A stretch of DNA of 64,000 nucleotides, from contig OZ025787.1 of the NCBI GenBank assembly GCA_964019425.1, positions 1,178,001 to 1,242,000 of the forward strand, in the 5' to 3' direction. A program made the translations under genes and the position numbers. The notes below the pieces were generated by a model that made no database searches, was not told where the DNA came from, and saw only the letters and a list, made by a program, of their open reading frames with translations. The DNA is from Flectonema sp. DT1601. Its lineage: Eukaryota. The first letter of the stretch is position 1. Every line of letters starts with the position of its first letter. Of this stretch, positions 1-10,418 are shown one piece after another.

Positions 1-1
1 C

Positions 2-46
2 CTTGAAGACCTGCCGGATGCTGTAGCATCTTTAGTTGATCTGTAG
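2..46 (+). CDS. 3' end of an upstream gene cut by the window edge (LEDLPDAVASLVDL*)
   Basis: Open frame ending in TAG at 44-46, followed by AT-rich intergenic DNA; too short to identify. Confidence 0.3.
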   Translation, partial: LEDLPDAVASLVDL

Positions 47-160
47 GGATTATGAGTTTTTGAAATTATTATTATTATTATTATTATTATAAATTTTATT
101 TTGTTTCTTAAAAAATTCTTTTTTTTTAAAACAAAAAAGGGGATTTCTTTTATATAAAAG

Positions 161-1105
161 ATGCCAACTTTCGCGATAAATAGATCAAAGCTTCTCGAGG
201 GAATACTAAAAAGAGAAGGATGGGAATGTGTTATTGACATCAACGAGCCCTGTGTTGGTCTCTCAATGTGGGATTCACTGAGTAAGCCAGGCATTCCGGG
301 ACCAACTGACTGCAAATTACGGTGTTTACGAAAAGATGAGTCTTCTAGTATTGATAATAAAAAACATCTTTGGACTCATCTACGAGATTCAATTAGGAAG
401 TCTTTACCTGAAACAATTTTTGGTGATATAAATCCACCTGTTTTTGATAAAAGTGGGATTTGGTTTTTAAAAAAAGGACATACTTCTGGAGGTAAAGATA
501 TCCATTGTGGATCTTATCAAGAGATTCAAACAATATTACAAAGTGTTGATAATAAGAAGCAATGGGTAATTCAAAGGGGGGTTAACTCATGTTTGATTAA
601 CGGAAAAAAATGGACTCTAAGATCATACGTGTTATACCACCCTAACAGATCTGTGTGGTTGTTTGAAGAGGGTATTGCTATTATTCATAAGGTTGAGTTC
701 GATCCCGACAGTACTGAACGTGAGATTCACGTTGACCATATCGGATGCACCAGAATAGCATTTTCATCTCTTTCGATGTTCGATGACGTATTACCAAAAT
801 TAAAAAATCTTGTTGCGGATATATTTAAAGCTTATCAACCGTTCCTAAATAAGGACTCAGATCCTTCTCGTTATCATTTATTCGGATTAGACTTTATAAT
901 AACTGAAGACCTCTTACCGATATTAATTGAGGTCAATATGTTTCCCAATATGTCATCCAGTTCAAGAAATGTCGCAAAACAAATAAAATTAAACGTCTTC
1001 GAATCGATGTATTCACTACTGATCGCTCCTCTCATTGAAGGAAAAGAACCTGAGAGCGATGGTTTCGTATGCGTATTGGGGCCATACAATAGCTCGCAGG
1101 AATGA
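161..1105 (+). CDS. Tubulin-tyrosine ligase (TTL/TTLL)-family ATP-grasp protein
   Basis: Motifs WFLKK..SGGKDI, WVIQR, LINGKKWTLRSYVL and YHLFGLDFII..DLLPILIEVN match the TTL domain pattern. Confidence 0.85.
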   Translation: MPTFAINRSKLLEGILKREGWECVIDINEPCVGLSMWDSLSKPGIPGPTDCKLRCLRKDESSSIDNKKHLWTHLRDSIRKSLPETIFGDINPPVFDKSGIWFLKKGHTSGGKDIHCGSYQEIQTILQSVDNKKQWVIQRGVNSCLINGKKWTLRSYVLYHPNRSVWLFEEGIAIIHKVEFDPDSTEREIHVDHIGCTRIAFSSLSMFDDVLPKLKNLVADIFKAYQPFLNKDSDPSRYHLFGLDFIITEDLLPILIEVNMFPNMSSSSRNVAKQIKLNVFESMYSLLIAPLIEGKEPESDGFVCVLGPYNSSQE

Positions 1106-1491
1106 GATGAGAGATTCACATTTCTGTTTTTCAGTTTCGGTTATTTATTCAAATTCTGTTGATTTTTTTTTTTTTTTGTTTTTTTTTTTTGTTTGTTGCA
1201 ACATCTGTTTCAATTCAGTGAACAGGTATAGAAGTATTTTCTTTTTGACATCTGCAATTTTTTCTTTTCTCATAGATAAAAGTACATTTTTGTTCTCCAA
1301 CAATTATTTTATTTCATATTAAATTACTTCCCTCTTCAGAATTTTAATTATCACTATAGTTCACTGAATTTTAGACAAGATGGCTTTTAATCAGTTTTTC
1401 ATGTTTATAATCAAACAATATTAACTTTCCTCTTTCAGAATTATAAAAAACACACAAAGAGGAATATAAGTATTCCAAGTAGAGGGTAACA

Positions 1492-1734
1492 ATGCCTGGA
1501 GGAAAGTCTAAGCTGACAGTGAACCCTCAGTTCTTGCGGTCGAGTTTTGCTGTTGGTGAAGACAGTCCTGGTGGTCAGAGCGGGAAAACTGATGTTCAAA
1601 AACAAGAAGTAACTCAAACTGATCCAGAAACAATTGTAATACCGCAAGACAACAACAACAATAACAACAAGAATGAAGTTACAGGACAGCCAACTACTAA
1701 AAAAGATAGCGGGGGATGTTGCATTATATCATAG
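1492..1734 (+). CDS. Small, probably prenylated/palmitoylated membrane-associated protein (C-terminal GGCCIIS CaaX)
   Basis: 80 aa, hydrophilic, ends KKDSGGCCIIS; upstream TTTCCTCTTTCAG acceptor-like site at ~1426-1438. Confidence 0.65.
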   Translation: MPGGKSKLTVNPQFLRSSFAVGEDSPGGQSGKTDVQKQEVTQTDPETIVIPQDNNNNNNKNEVTGQPTTKKDSGGCCIIS

Positions 1735-2782
1735 TATTCATCCATTTGTTATTTCTTGCAGCTCTACGATAAGTTTATTAATATTCGATAGAAGAAGTTG
1801 AAGTGTTGTCTTACATCGAATCCCCTCTCGTGTTATATCAACTAGAAGATTATCGTGTGATTGAGGTAGGAGATAATTTTGCTTTTTCAAGCAAAGTTTT
1901 TTACAAGTTTTTTTTTTTTTTTTTTTTTTTTTGAAGGAATCGAAAATTTGCATCCTACTTTCTGTTCTTATTTTAGCTGATTGGAGTATTGAACAAGACC
2001 TGTGAATGCTGTAATAAATTCCATGTAGACTTTGTAGAGGTACATCACCTTATATAAACAAAAAATCTGGCTCAGTAGTGAGATCGAAGCATGCCGATTC
2101 AGGTAGTTGTCTTCACTTCGAATTAAAAAAAAGGGAAAAAAAAACTTTTTGCCACCATTCTCGCTAGTTGATTGAAATCAAAAAAAAAAAAAAAAAAGAA
2201 AGAAAAGGAAAACCAGAAAGGACTGCGTCGTGTCTATTAGGAATCGATCGCATTCTACCAATTTAATGCAGAACAGTTTTTTGGGGGAGGGGGTGCAAAG
2301 CGGAAAAGAAAAGAAAACAGAAAAAAAAAAAAAAAAGAAACGAAAATAAAAAGAAGTATCATATTTACACGGTTTCCCAACCACCCTGACTCAAAACTTC
2401 GCTTGCTGACCATCTTATTAAGATTGAGCAAAAGGTACTACTGCTTGAAGGGTTCGGTTTGTGTGTTTGTTTGTTGTTGTTGGTGGTGTGATCAACGCAT
2501 AAGCAGCAGTGTCGCTGCCGATCTCACCTCGAAGGAAGTAAGTCAGGTATAGATGTGCTCATCTGGTGGTGTTGAAAAGAAAGTTTTACAGGATGCGTCT
2601 CATCAAACAGATTGTCATTCTTATCGAGTGTGCGTTCGCTTCTGCGAACTGCAGACTGACTCATTAGTTTAGCTATCTTATATAATATTGTTATTTAGCG
2701 ATAGTTATAATTAAATTGTTATCATACCCTGTTTTTATTTTTATCTTTTTATACTTACACCACCCCAATCCCTCAATTATTT

Positions 2783-2817
<35 letters not shown>

Positions 2818-3701
2818 GTGAATGTTCCAATGTAGAGATAAATGGAAAACTTTTTTTTTTTATAATTAACGAGTTGACTGAAGAGTTTTTTTTGTACAAA
2901 CCTGTTCAAGAAAGAGAATTGTGGCAGCGTAACTAACCTATTCCTTTATTGGGCGGTTGCGCACAAACAAAACTCGCAGAGCTGTTTTTTTTTTCTTCTC
3001 GATATAATTTGTGTCTCTTCCTCTTTCGTTGTTATTTCAACTTGTCATTATTGTCAGTTGCGGCAATGGTTTGTTTTAAGGAAGGAGGTCTTACTTGAGA
3101 TAGAAATTACTCACTTTGGGTGTACAAAAAAAAAAAAAAAAAAAAAGAATAAAAATTGCTCACGCAATAGTAATCAATTTGTGATATTCCACAAATGTTG
3201 AGGGGAAAAAAAAAAAAAAAAAAAAAGGCTACTCTTTTACCATCCTATTTTGTTTATTATTTCTGTATTTATTGGGGACATGACCACAGTATACACAACC
3301 TTCCTGCATCCTCACCCAACCACCTGTTTTTCAGGAAGACGAAGAAGAAGTGTTCCTCAGACTCTCTATTATACCCTCCGCAACCCGACTTGTTATTTTT
3401 ATGTTGAGGAAATGATTGAAGTTACGATTTCCTTTTTTCTCTCAGCAAATTTATGAGCCAACCGATTGGGTCTAGTTACGTTACTGTTGCCTCGTAGTTC
3501 TGGAGAGTTAACCCGATGCTCTTTAGTTTGCTGTATCAGCGATGCACAGTACACAATGTATTGGACTTCCTTATCTATCTATCAACAATGAAAACTAGTA
3601 GTCATCAACACTGCGGGTATAAATTTAAGGCCTGGAAATTACATTTTTCCAATAGTGTCTAGGGTTATGCATTTTCTTTTTTCAAATCAGATACAATAGC
3701 A

Positions 3702-6700
3702 ATGCTTCCCTTTATATCAGACGGTGGGAAGTCAATTCCGTGTACTGCAAGAAAACGCTTTGAGATGTATTCAAAAAGAAAAAAAAAAAATCCATCTGTC
3801 CAACATCAACACGAAGATAAGAATGAATACACAATGACTCTGTGGAAGTATAAAAAAAAGAGTGATCCTATTTGGAAAATTTGCAGCGACGAATTAAGTG
3901 AGCAATTGGAACTTGCAAATCTACGAGGTCGTAAAACATGTTGGGTAGGTGAAGGACGGGTTGACATCATATCAATGACTATTATCACTCCTTCTGGTGA
4001 TGTCGTTGATCTAATGAGAGAGAGTTGTCCTTTAAAACAATACATTGCAACGAACACCGCTAGAGTTAAATATTCGTTTTCCTTGAAGGCTTCTGCAGTG
4101 ATTCAACGAGCTATTATTTCTGGCAAACCCACCGCAACAACGGAGGGATTTATATTGAATTTGTTGGAATTGACTGCCACGGAGAATACTACTGATGAGC
4201 TCTACTCCCTTCAATTAGTTTCGCCTCAAGTCAAAACTTCAACGGAGAGCGACCATTGTCAGTTTCCAACCCTGAATGAAAACCATCCCATTTCCTGGTG
4301 TGGCTCAGTAAACAACTACATCGAAACAGCTATTCAATTAAAGACAAGCAGCACGATTCGAAAACAGCAATTGTGGAACTTCGAACGAACAATTAAAAGA
4401 ACTCGAAAAATCTTTCTCGCCCAAGAAGTTCGCGTTCGCAACCTAATCACAGTTGAACAAGACAGATGCTATAATGCCATGATTGAAATGAAAAATTCAT
4501 CTGCAGAGAGAATCGAACTAAATGCGCTTAGATTAGAACGACTTGCAACACTAGAGCAACAACGGCGACACAAATTGGAAAAGCAACGTCTAAGAGAGAA
4601 GGAGCTAACGGTAATATTTATTGAACAGCTGAGAACGATAATATACTCCGCCCTCTACCTAATTCACCTTCTGAGGTTTGATGAACTCATATGTAGAGAG
4701 GTACTCTACAGAAGGATGTACATAAACAGATCATCAACATTTATATCCGAGTTCCATATGATGGAGAAGAAGGGACATCATATCATTCTAAAGTCTATTC
4801 GACTAATTAAAAGGAAAGCTGTTGAACATGAGCAGCCAAAACTGGAGTTACAACTTCTTGAAAGACAACACAGAAATGATTTAGCTGTGTCAGAGTACAC
4901 AGAAAGATCAGTTATTCTCTCTGAGTTGGTTGATGTTGTTGCTGCTGAGAAGACTCGTGAGAATGAAGTTATAAAACAGAGATTGGAAGAAAGAAGACTA
5001 TTATCTGAAAGAAAAGACAAAGAACGGCTCCAAGAGGTTATTGCTGAAGAGCGGGTTAGAAGGGCCAACGAGCTGAGCGAGGCCACATCCTTCAGAGAGG
5101 TCCAACACTTAGCAGCAGTCCATTTAGAAGAAACAGAACTAATAATACTACAAAGACTTCGAAAGGCGAGAGCAGCAGTCAGAGAAATCCATTATCGTGA
5201 AATCGCAGTGGTTGAGGATTTAGAACTAACTGAAAGACAAACAAATGTATTGGAGATGATGGCGAGTAAGATACGAATTGAAACACTTTGGGACTATTCT
5301 TATGAAGAAGCAATCCGCCCGATTACAATATCATCTTCGTCATCTTTAGAATACGTCATCGGACAGTCTTCTGTTGGAGTCATGTCAGGAATTCTAATTA
5401 AACGTCGTAAGAAGAACACATCAATTGCTGATTCACCAATCATTAGTTCTTTTATTCAACTAACAGTCACATCATCTCACTCATCACTTGAGGAGTGTTG
5501 TGAGAATTTTCAATTCTCATTTACAGAAATAAAAAGATCAAAAGGACGTACTGTTCGTACTGAGGCTTTGATGTTACTTGATCGTTCACAAAAGAGTGAT
5601 GTGACACTTTTCTACAAAGGAGATAAGTTGATTGCGAAAACAACAGAAAGCAATCTTTCAATTGAGTACGGAATAGTTTTTAATAAAAACAGTCTTCGTG
5701 TAGAGTTTAATAATTTAAAAGACTCGAAGGAATTTATGAACTCGACAGCTGAACAGCAACAACAACACCAGTCAGAAGAGAATACTTCTTCAGAAGTTGG
5801 TATCGCTATTCGAGACATAGAAGATGTCCTAAATTCTATTTCATACGAATCGATAGCTGACGTCGTATTCCCAAATAGTTCGGATGAATTATATTTAACG
5901 ATATCGATAACCCTTCACACGGTTCTTAATGCTTCTGGGATATTAATTCCGTTTACGACGGCTTATCAATTACCTATTTTAATATCAAAGCCGTTGATAT
6001 CTTTCTTGTACTCCCCAGCTACTGTAGAATACTGTATTGATCCAAAGGCAGCACAAGAGGTTAGGGAAGATGGAAGTATTCGTGATGGTTGTCAGTTATT
6101 CAGAGCTGTGTCAGTACCTGGAGGATATCAACCAACTAATCGACAACGTGATTTCACTGGTGCGATTCTCTCAGTTACGTACGTAGCAATCCCTCAGTCT
6201 GGACTTGAATTTGTTTACATCCATCAGACAACAGATGTTGTTCAAAGCTCTGAATCCTCCAACGTCTTTATTATAACTGATGATCTTGGTGACAAAGCCT
6301 TTGCTACTCAAACCGATGCATCACCTAAGTCAAATACCGTGAATTGGAGCCTCGATTCTGGTGTTTGGTCAGAATCGAACTTGCTGACTTTTCTAAAATC
6401 AATTATCTACCAAAGTAATGCTCTAAGACCGGAGCGACCAAAAAGAGAGTTACTATTCACGATAACACTTGGTAAGGTTGTATTTCCGGTTGTGATTAGC
6501 ATCAGACTTCTCTTTGCTGATGATCCAACGTTTTGGTGCCTAAATCAGAACCTTCAGCCAGCTCCATATTCAATATTCGGGGGTATTGATAAAAACACTA
6601 CCCCGCGGGGTATTTTTCAATCCCTGTTCGATTCCCTCCCAACGACATTTCTAACACCTCACATAATAATTCAAAATCAGCACGGAGTTCAAAAATTCTG

Positions 6701-9700
6701 TGGGGGATATTTTCAGGCGGAAATCATATCTGGTTTTTCACAAGGAGATCGTCTGCTTGCTGATATCAAATTGTGTCCAGGAAGTGAAATGGATCAAACC
6801 AAGAAGGGAATAAAAATAAATTTTCCTGAAATTGTAGAACTAGCAGCGGTGCAGAAAGTGATTCAATCATTAGGGTTCATTGGAGTTTTGGGTAAAAGAA
6901 AAAATTCGATATATCGGAAACATGTTTCTATTGAGTTGCTTCTTCTCGAAAGCAATCGACGAGGTGAAGTGAGCACGGCTCAAATTCAAATAAGAATCTA
7001 CCCTCCGGTGGTATCAAGTGGATTGAATAACCTTCTTCACTACACAGAAGGAACCCAGTGGAAGAAAATAACTGGTCTTGACGTTTGTAATAATAAAACG
7101 GATTTTGCATTTTTTGAAGGAGGGAGGCTGGAAATCCGAGTCAGTCCCTCAATGTTAGAAGAATGTGATGAACTTATACTAAACTCTCAAGTCGCGGCCA
7201 ATGTCCGTCTGAAACAAATATCAAACACAGGAAAATACTTGATTTCTATTCGTGGAGGAGTCAACGGTACCGACGAGCATATCCCATTAGCCTGGTATAT
7301 ACCTCCAGAACGTGGGAAATCATTAATTATTCACTTGACGAATCCACTGTTAAAACATCAATGTGATTTTAAGATTTCCTTACAGGGAGGATCACAGTCA
7401 GAATTCGTTGGAGATAGCCGACGTGGAATTCGTCCAAAATTCCATTTAAAACAACTAAAATTATTACTTGGAATTGTTTACTATAAATGTTCATCGTCAG
7501 ATCCGAGAATTCTACAAAAATATATCGAAGTCGAAGTCCTCGATGGGACTGGAGTAGTGTCACTAGCAGCGGTAGAACTCAATATAATCCCCGTCAACAA
7601 TCCAACTGAAATTATATTACGAAGTTCAAAAATAATATATCGCCAAGGCGTTATCAGGCTTGCTCCAAAAGCTACCCTCCATGACGTCGACACCTCTCAA
7701 ACAGAACAGGGAGCTCTCTTAGCAGCGGAAATCCTAACTGGCAGTGTCCATGATGTGTTAAGTTTGAAAGAACTCTCTGAAACAGAAAGTGATCAACTGC
7801 TCCGTGTTGATGCTAAAACTATATTTGTTGAAGGTCCAGAAGGAGATAAACAAATAATCGCAACGTACGCCTACACGTCTTTTCCTTATTCAGCTATAAC
7901 AGTCAATCTTAAGGTTGGCGTTCCCCTTTCAACCTGTGCTTTGGTACTAAGAATGATGACGTACGAAAACTGTCAAATTCCGTGTAAATCTGGCCAACGA
8001 ATGAGTACCATTCGATTCAATGCTGGTGATGGTGTTGTGGATACTCGTGTCAGGATTCTTATTGATCTGCTTCCACCAGTGTTGTGGGCACCTTCTTGCA
8101 GTAAGAAAGTTAATTTTTATGAACGATTGGGAAGTATTTTCGTCAACACCAAAATCTCATGTGGAACAGCTGTGTCAAGCAATTCTATACCGGGGGCTAA
8201 AATTCAAGCTGAGATAATAACTAACTACTTTCCTGGTCAGGACAGACTGTTCGTATCAGAGTCTCCCCACTTTACAATTAATAAAGACGGTGATAACAAT
8301 AAATATTTTATATTTCTCAACGCCATCGAACCTCAAGAGAAAGCATCTCAACCGATAGCTATACTGCTACTACCTGACGCAAACAACGGCATCCTTGAGA
8401 TTAAATTCTTGGAAACAACTAAAGCACGCAGTCAAGCCATTGTAAAGCTTCTGTTTGTTTTCTTAAAAGGAATATGTTATGACAATGTGTGTGACTCCCC
8501 AGACACATCTTTATCAAGAGTAGTTAGTATAAAACTCATACTGCAATCGTATAACGGAGTTAATACGGCCCCTGAAATAGGAATAGTCGACACATCGATT
8601 AGTATGTTGGTTACGAAAAATAAAACACAAATAACTCCAAAAAATCTAATTGTAAAAACAACGGCATTCGATACTCATGATTTGGTATTTCCGTTTAGTG
8701 AATGTGAGGTAATTGATCCAGATAATGATGTGTTTCACGATCCTTATAGTTTTATTGTGTTTGAATTGAAAGCTGTTGCAGGTTCTCAAGACAAACCTTC
8801 AAGAAGTGATGTGTTGTATATCTCTGAGTGTCCTGAAGAAGGAATGACAATCCATCCTCATAACGATTCTGAAATACCTCATTTATTCGCAAATGAGTCT
8901 GAAGATGATGTGTCTTTAGGAGATAGTATCGGTAGTAGTTTTAGTTCAATTTCAAAAACTGAAATTCGAGCGACGTGCAACGTTGTTCGATATCATTCTC
9001 GTCATGTTGCTACAGTAAGAGACAGTAGTGTTGATGGAGTCTCGCAAGGTCTTCACATTTCTTTAAAGGATTGTCCTCTTGAAGTAGTTCGTCTGTTAGT
9101 TCAGTCGGTTTACTTTAAGTCTTCAACATCTCGCCATCGACACTGTAAGTTTTCTCTAACAGTTTCTATAAAAGGTGATGAGAGTCCCTCACCACCAACT
9201 AAGAGTAGAATTACACTACACGTGTTCTACCCATCCTTCGAATCACAAGTTGGTTTTCATGAATCTCTTTGTGGATATACGCAAGTGATGGGAGGTAGTG
9301 GATCTCAATGTTTATTTCCACAAATAATGTTAAACACAACTGTTCATTCGAGTATACAAGGGTTGGTTATATCAATTAAATTTTGTGGTGAGGCAACACC
9401 TCTGGAAGGCAGTCAATACAACTCAAGACGAAACCATCATCGAATGTCAATAAGTTCATGTTCTTCGAATATACACGCGACTGACTTGGATGAGAAGTGT
9501 GATTTGAGTAAACCGCAGTTTGATTTGATTTCATTATCGTCGAATCAATTTAAAACTGACGACGGAGGAATGGTATTCCTCGGTAAAGACAAAGTCGCTT
9601 CTATTGAAGATATATCATCTCATGAAAACAGTGATGGATCTCATGGATTGAGAATAACGATATCGAGATCTCCACGAATCACATCAGTCATCGTTCAAGA

Positions 9701-9998
9701 CTTACTGAGAGCCTTTCAGTATGAGTCTGTTGGAGGTGATGAAGTTTGTAAGAGACTTCATATTTTATTATCAATTAGAGCTGCTGAACAGACTCGTTCA
9801 AAATCGAGTTCGGAGCTAAGTTACTACACCACAACTGAGTCTTTACTTCTCATTTATCGTCCTGTTCGAATACTGAAGTCAAACAGATCTCGCAAATCAT
9901 TTGCGTGTACTCGTTCTCGAAATAGTACTCGTCGGGTTAACATAAATAATGAGACTGCTGTTTCTATGTTGGAAACAGATTTAAGGGAATACGATTGA
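3702..9998 (+). CDS. 2098-aa protein: WWE-like N-terminus, E/R-rich coiled coil, then multiple cadherin-like/adhesin-type beta repeats
   Basis: Long uninterrupted ORF. WKYKKKSDPIWKICSDELSEQLE resembles WWE. Repeated LxxxxYxN...P...R motifs (LKSIIYQSN, LRMMTYEN, LKGICYDN, LLRAFQYES) and D-x-L motifs. Domain names are inferred. Confidence 0.75.
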   Translation: MLPFISDGGKSIPCTARKRFEMYSKRKKKNPSVQHQHEDKNEYTMTLWKYKKKSDPIWKICSDELSEQLELANLRGRKTCWVGEGRVDIISMTIITPSGDVVDLMRESCPLKQYIATNTARVKYSFSLKASAVIQRAIISGKPTATTEGFILNLLELTATENTTDELYSLQLVSPQVKTSTESDHCQFPTLNENHPISWCGSVNNYIETAIQLKTSSTIRKQQLWNFERTIKRTRKIFLAQEVRVRNLITVEQDRCYNAMIEMKNSSAERIELNALRLERLATLEQQRRHKLEKQRLREKELTVIFIEQLRTIIYSALYLIHLLRFDELICREVLYRRMYINRSSTFISEFHMMEKKGHHIILKSIRLIKRKAVEHEQPKLELQLLERQHRNDLAVSEYTERSVILSELVDVVAAEKTRENEVIKQRLEERRLLSERKDKERLQEVIAEERVRRANELSEATSFREVQHLAAVHLEETELIILQRLRKARAAVREIHYREIAVVEDLELTERQTNVLEMMASKIRIETLWDYSYEEAIRPITISSSSSLEYVIGQSSVGVMSGILIKRRKKNTSIADSPIISSFIQLTVTSSHSSLEECCENFQFSFTEIKRSKGRTVRTEALMLLDRSQKSDVTLFYKGDKLIAKTTESNLSIEYGIVFNKNSLRVEFNNLKDSKEFMNSTAEQQQQHQSEENTSSEVGIAIRDIEDVLNSISYESIADVVFPNSSDELYLTISITLHTVLNASGILIPFTTAYQLPILISKPLISFLYSPATVEYCIDPKAAQEVREDGSIRDGCQLFRAVSVPGGYQPTNRQRDFTGAILSVTYVAIPQSGLEFVYIHQTTDVVQSSESSNVFIITDDLGDKAFATQTDASPKSNTVNWSLDSGVWSESNLLTFLKSIIYQSNALRPERPKRELLFTITLGKVVFPVVISIRLLFADDPTFWCLNQNLQPAPYSIFGGIDKNTTPRGIFQSLFDSLPTTFLTPHIIIQNQHGVQKFCGGYFQAEIISGFSQGDRLLADIKLCPGSEMDQTKKGIKINFPEIVELAAVQKVIQSLGFIGVLGKRKNSIYRKHVSIELLLLESNRRGEVSTAQIQIRIYPPVVSSGLNNLLHYTEGTQWKKITGLDVCNNKTDFAFFEGGRLEIRVSPSMLEECDELILNSQVAANVRLKQISNTGKYLISIRGGVNGTDEHIPLAWYIPPERGKSLIIHLTNPLLKHQCDFKISLQGGSQSEFVGDSRRGIRPKFHLKQLKLLLGIVYYKCSSSDPRILQKYIEVEVLDGTGVVSLAAVELNIIPVNNPTEIILRSSKIIYRQGVIRLAPKATLHDVDTSQTEQGALLAAEILTGSVHDVLSLKELSETESDQLLRVDAKTIFVEGPEGDKQIIATYAYTSFPYSAITVNLKVGVPLSTCALVLRMMTYENCQIPCKSGQRMSTIRFNAGDGVVDTRVRILIDLLPPVLWAPSCSKKVNFYERLGSIFVNTKISCGTAVSSNSIPGAKIQAEIITNYFPGQDRLFVSESPHFTINKDGDNNKYFIFLNAIEPQEKASQPIAILLLPDANNGILEIKFLETTKARSQAIVKLLFVFLKGICYDNVCDSPDTSLSRVVSIKLILQSYNGVNTAPEIGIVDTSISMLVTKNKTQITPKNLIVKTTAFDTHDLVFPFSECEVIDPDNDVFHDPYSFIVFELKAVAGSQDKPSRSDVLYISECPEEGMTIHPHNDSEIPHLFANESEDDVSLGDSIGSSFSSISKTEIRATCNVVRYHSRHVATVRDSSVDGVSQGLHISLKDCPLEVVRLLVQSVYFKSSTSRHRHCKFSLTVSIKGDESPSPPTKSRITLHVFYPSFESQVGFHESLCGYTQVMGGSGSQCLFPQIMLNTTVHSSIQGLVISIKFCGEATPLEGSQYNSRRNHHRMSISSCSSNIHATDLDEKCDLSKPQFDLISLSSNQFKTDDGGMVFLGKDKVASIEDISSHENSDGSHGLRITISRSPRITSVIVQDLLRAFQYESVGGDEVCKRLHILLSIRAAEQTRSKSSSELSYYTTTESLLLIYRPVRILKSNRSRKSFACTRSRNSTRRVNINNETAVSMLETDLREYD

Positions 9999-10418
9999 TT
10001 AGTATTGTGCAGTTTATTCTACTTCTGCAACTCGTTGTTGATATTCTGATAGCACCTCCAGCCATGTTATTCTTCTCGATATGCTTTCCAGTGTATTAAG
10101 CTGCTTTATTATCTCACTGTTGTCATCTTACCCGGCGACATGGAGAGCTTTCTAGTTGGTCTTTGCGCTCATCGGATTATGTTTCTGTTGATTGTTTACT
10201 TTAGGCAATCTAATTTACTTACACGCTCGTGAAATTCCTTGCGACTGTTTTTTTGTGTTGTTGATTTACCTTGCTACCCTTACAGTAATCTTTCGAGCTT
10301 AACCTCAAATACTGGCGGTACGTCGTGATAAAACAAAAGGTTTGCTTTCTGCATTTTGTGTTAGTTATTTTTTTTCCCGATCCCTCAGAACCCAAAATGA
10401 GTTCACTTGATAAGTAGA

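Noticed and set aside
2900..2985. Dispersed motif ending GCACAAACAAAA, also near 59315-59400 and 62600-62680
   Set aside because: Probably an old interspersed repeat, but too degenerate to delimit or classify by eye.
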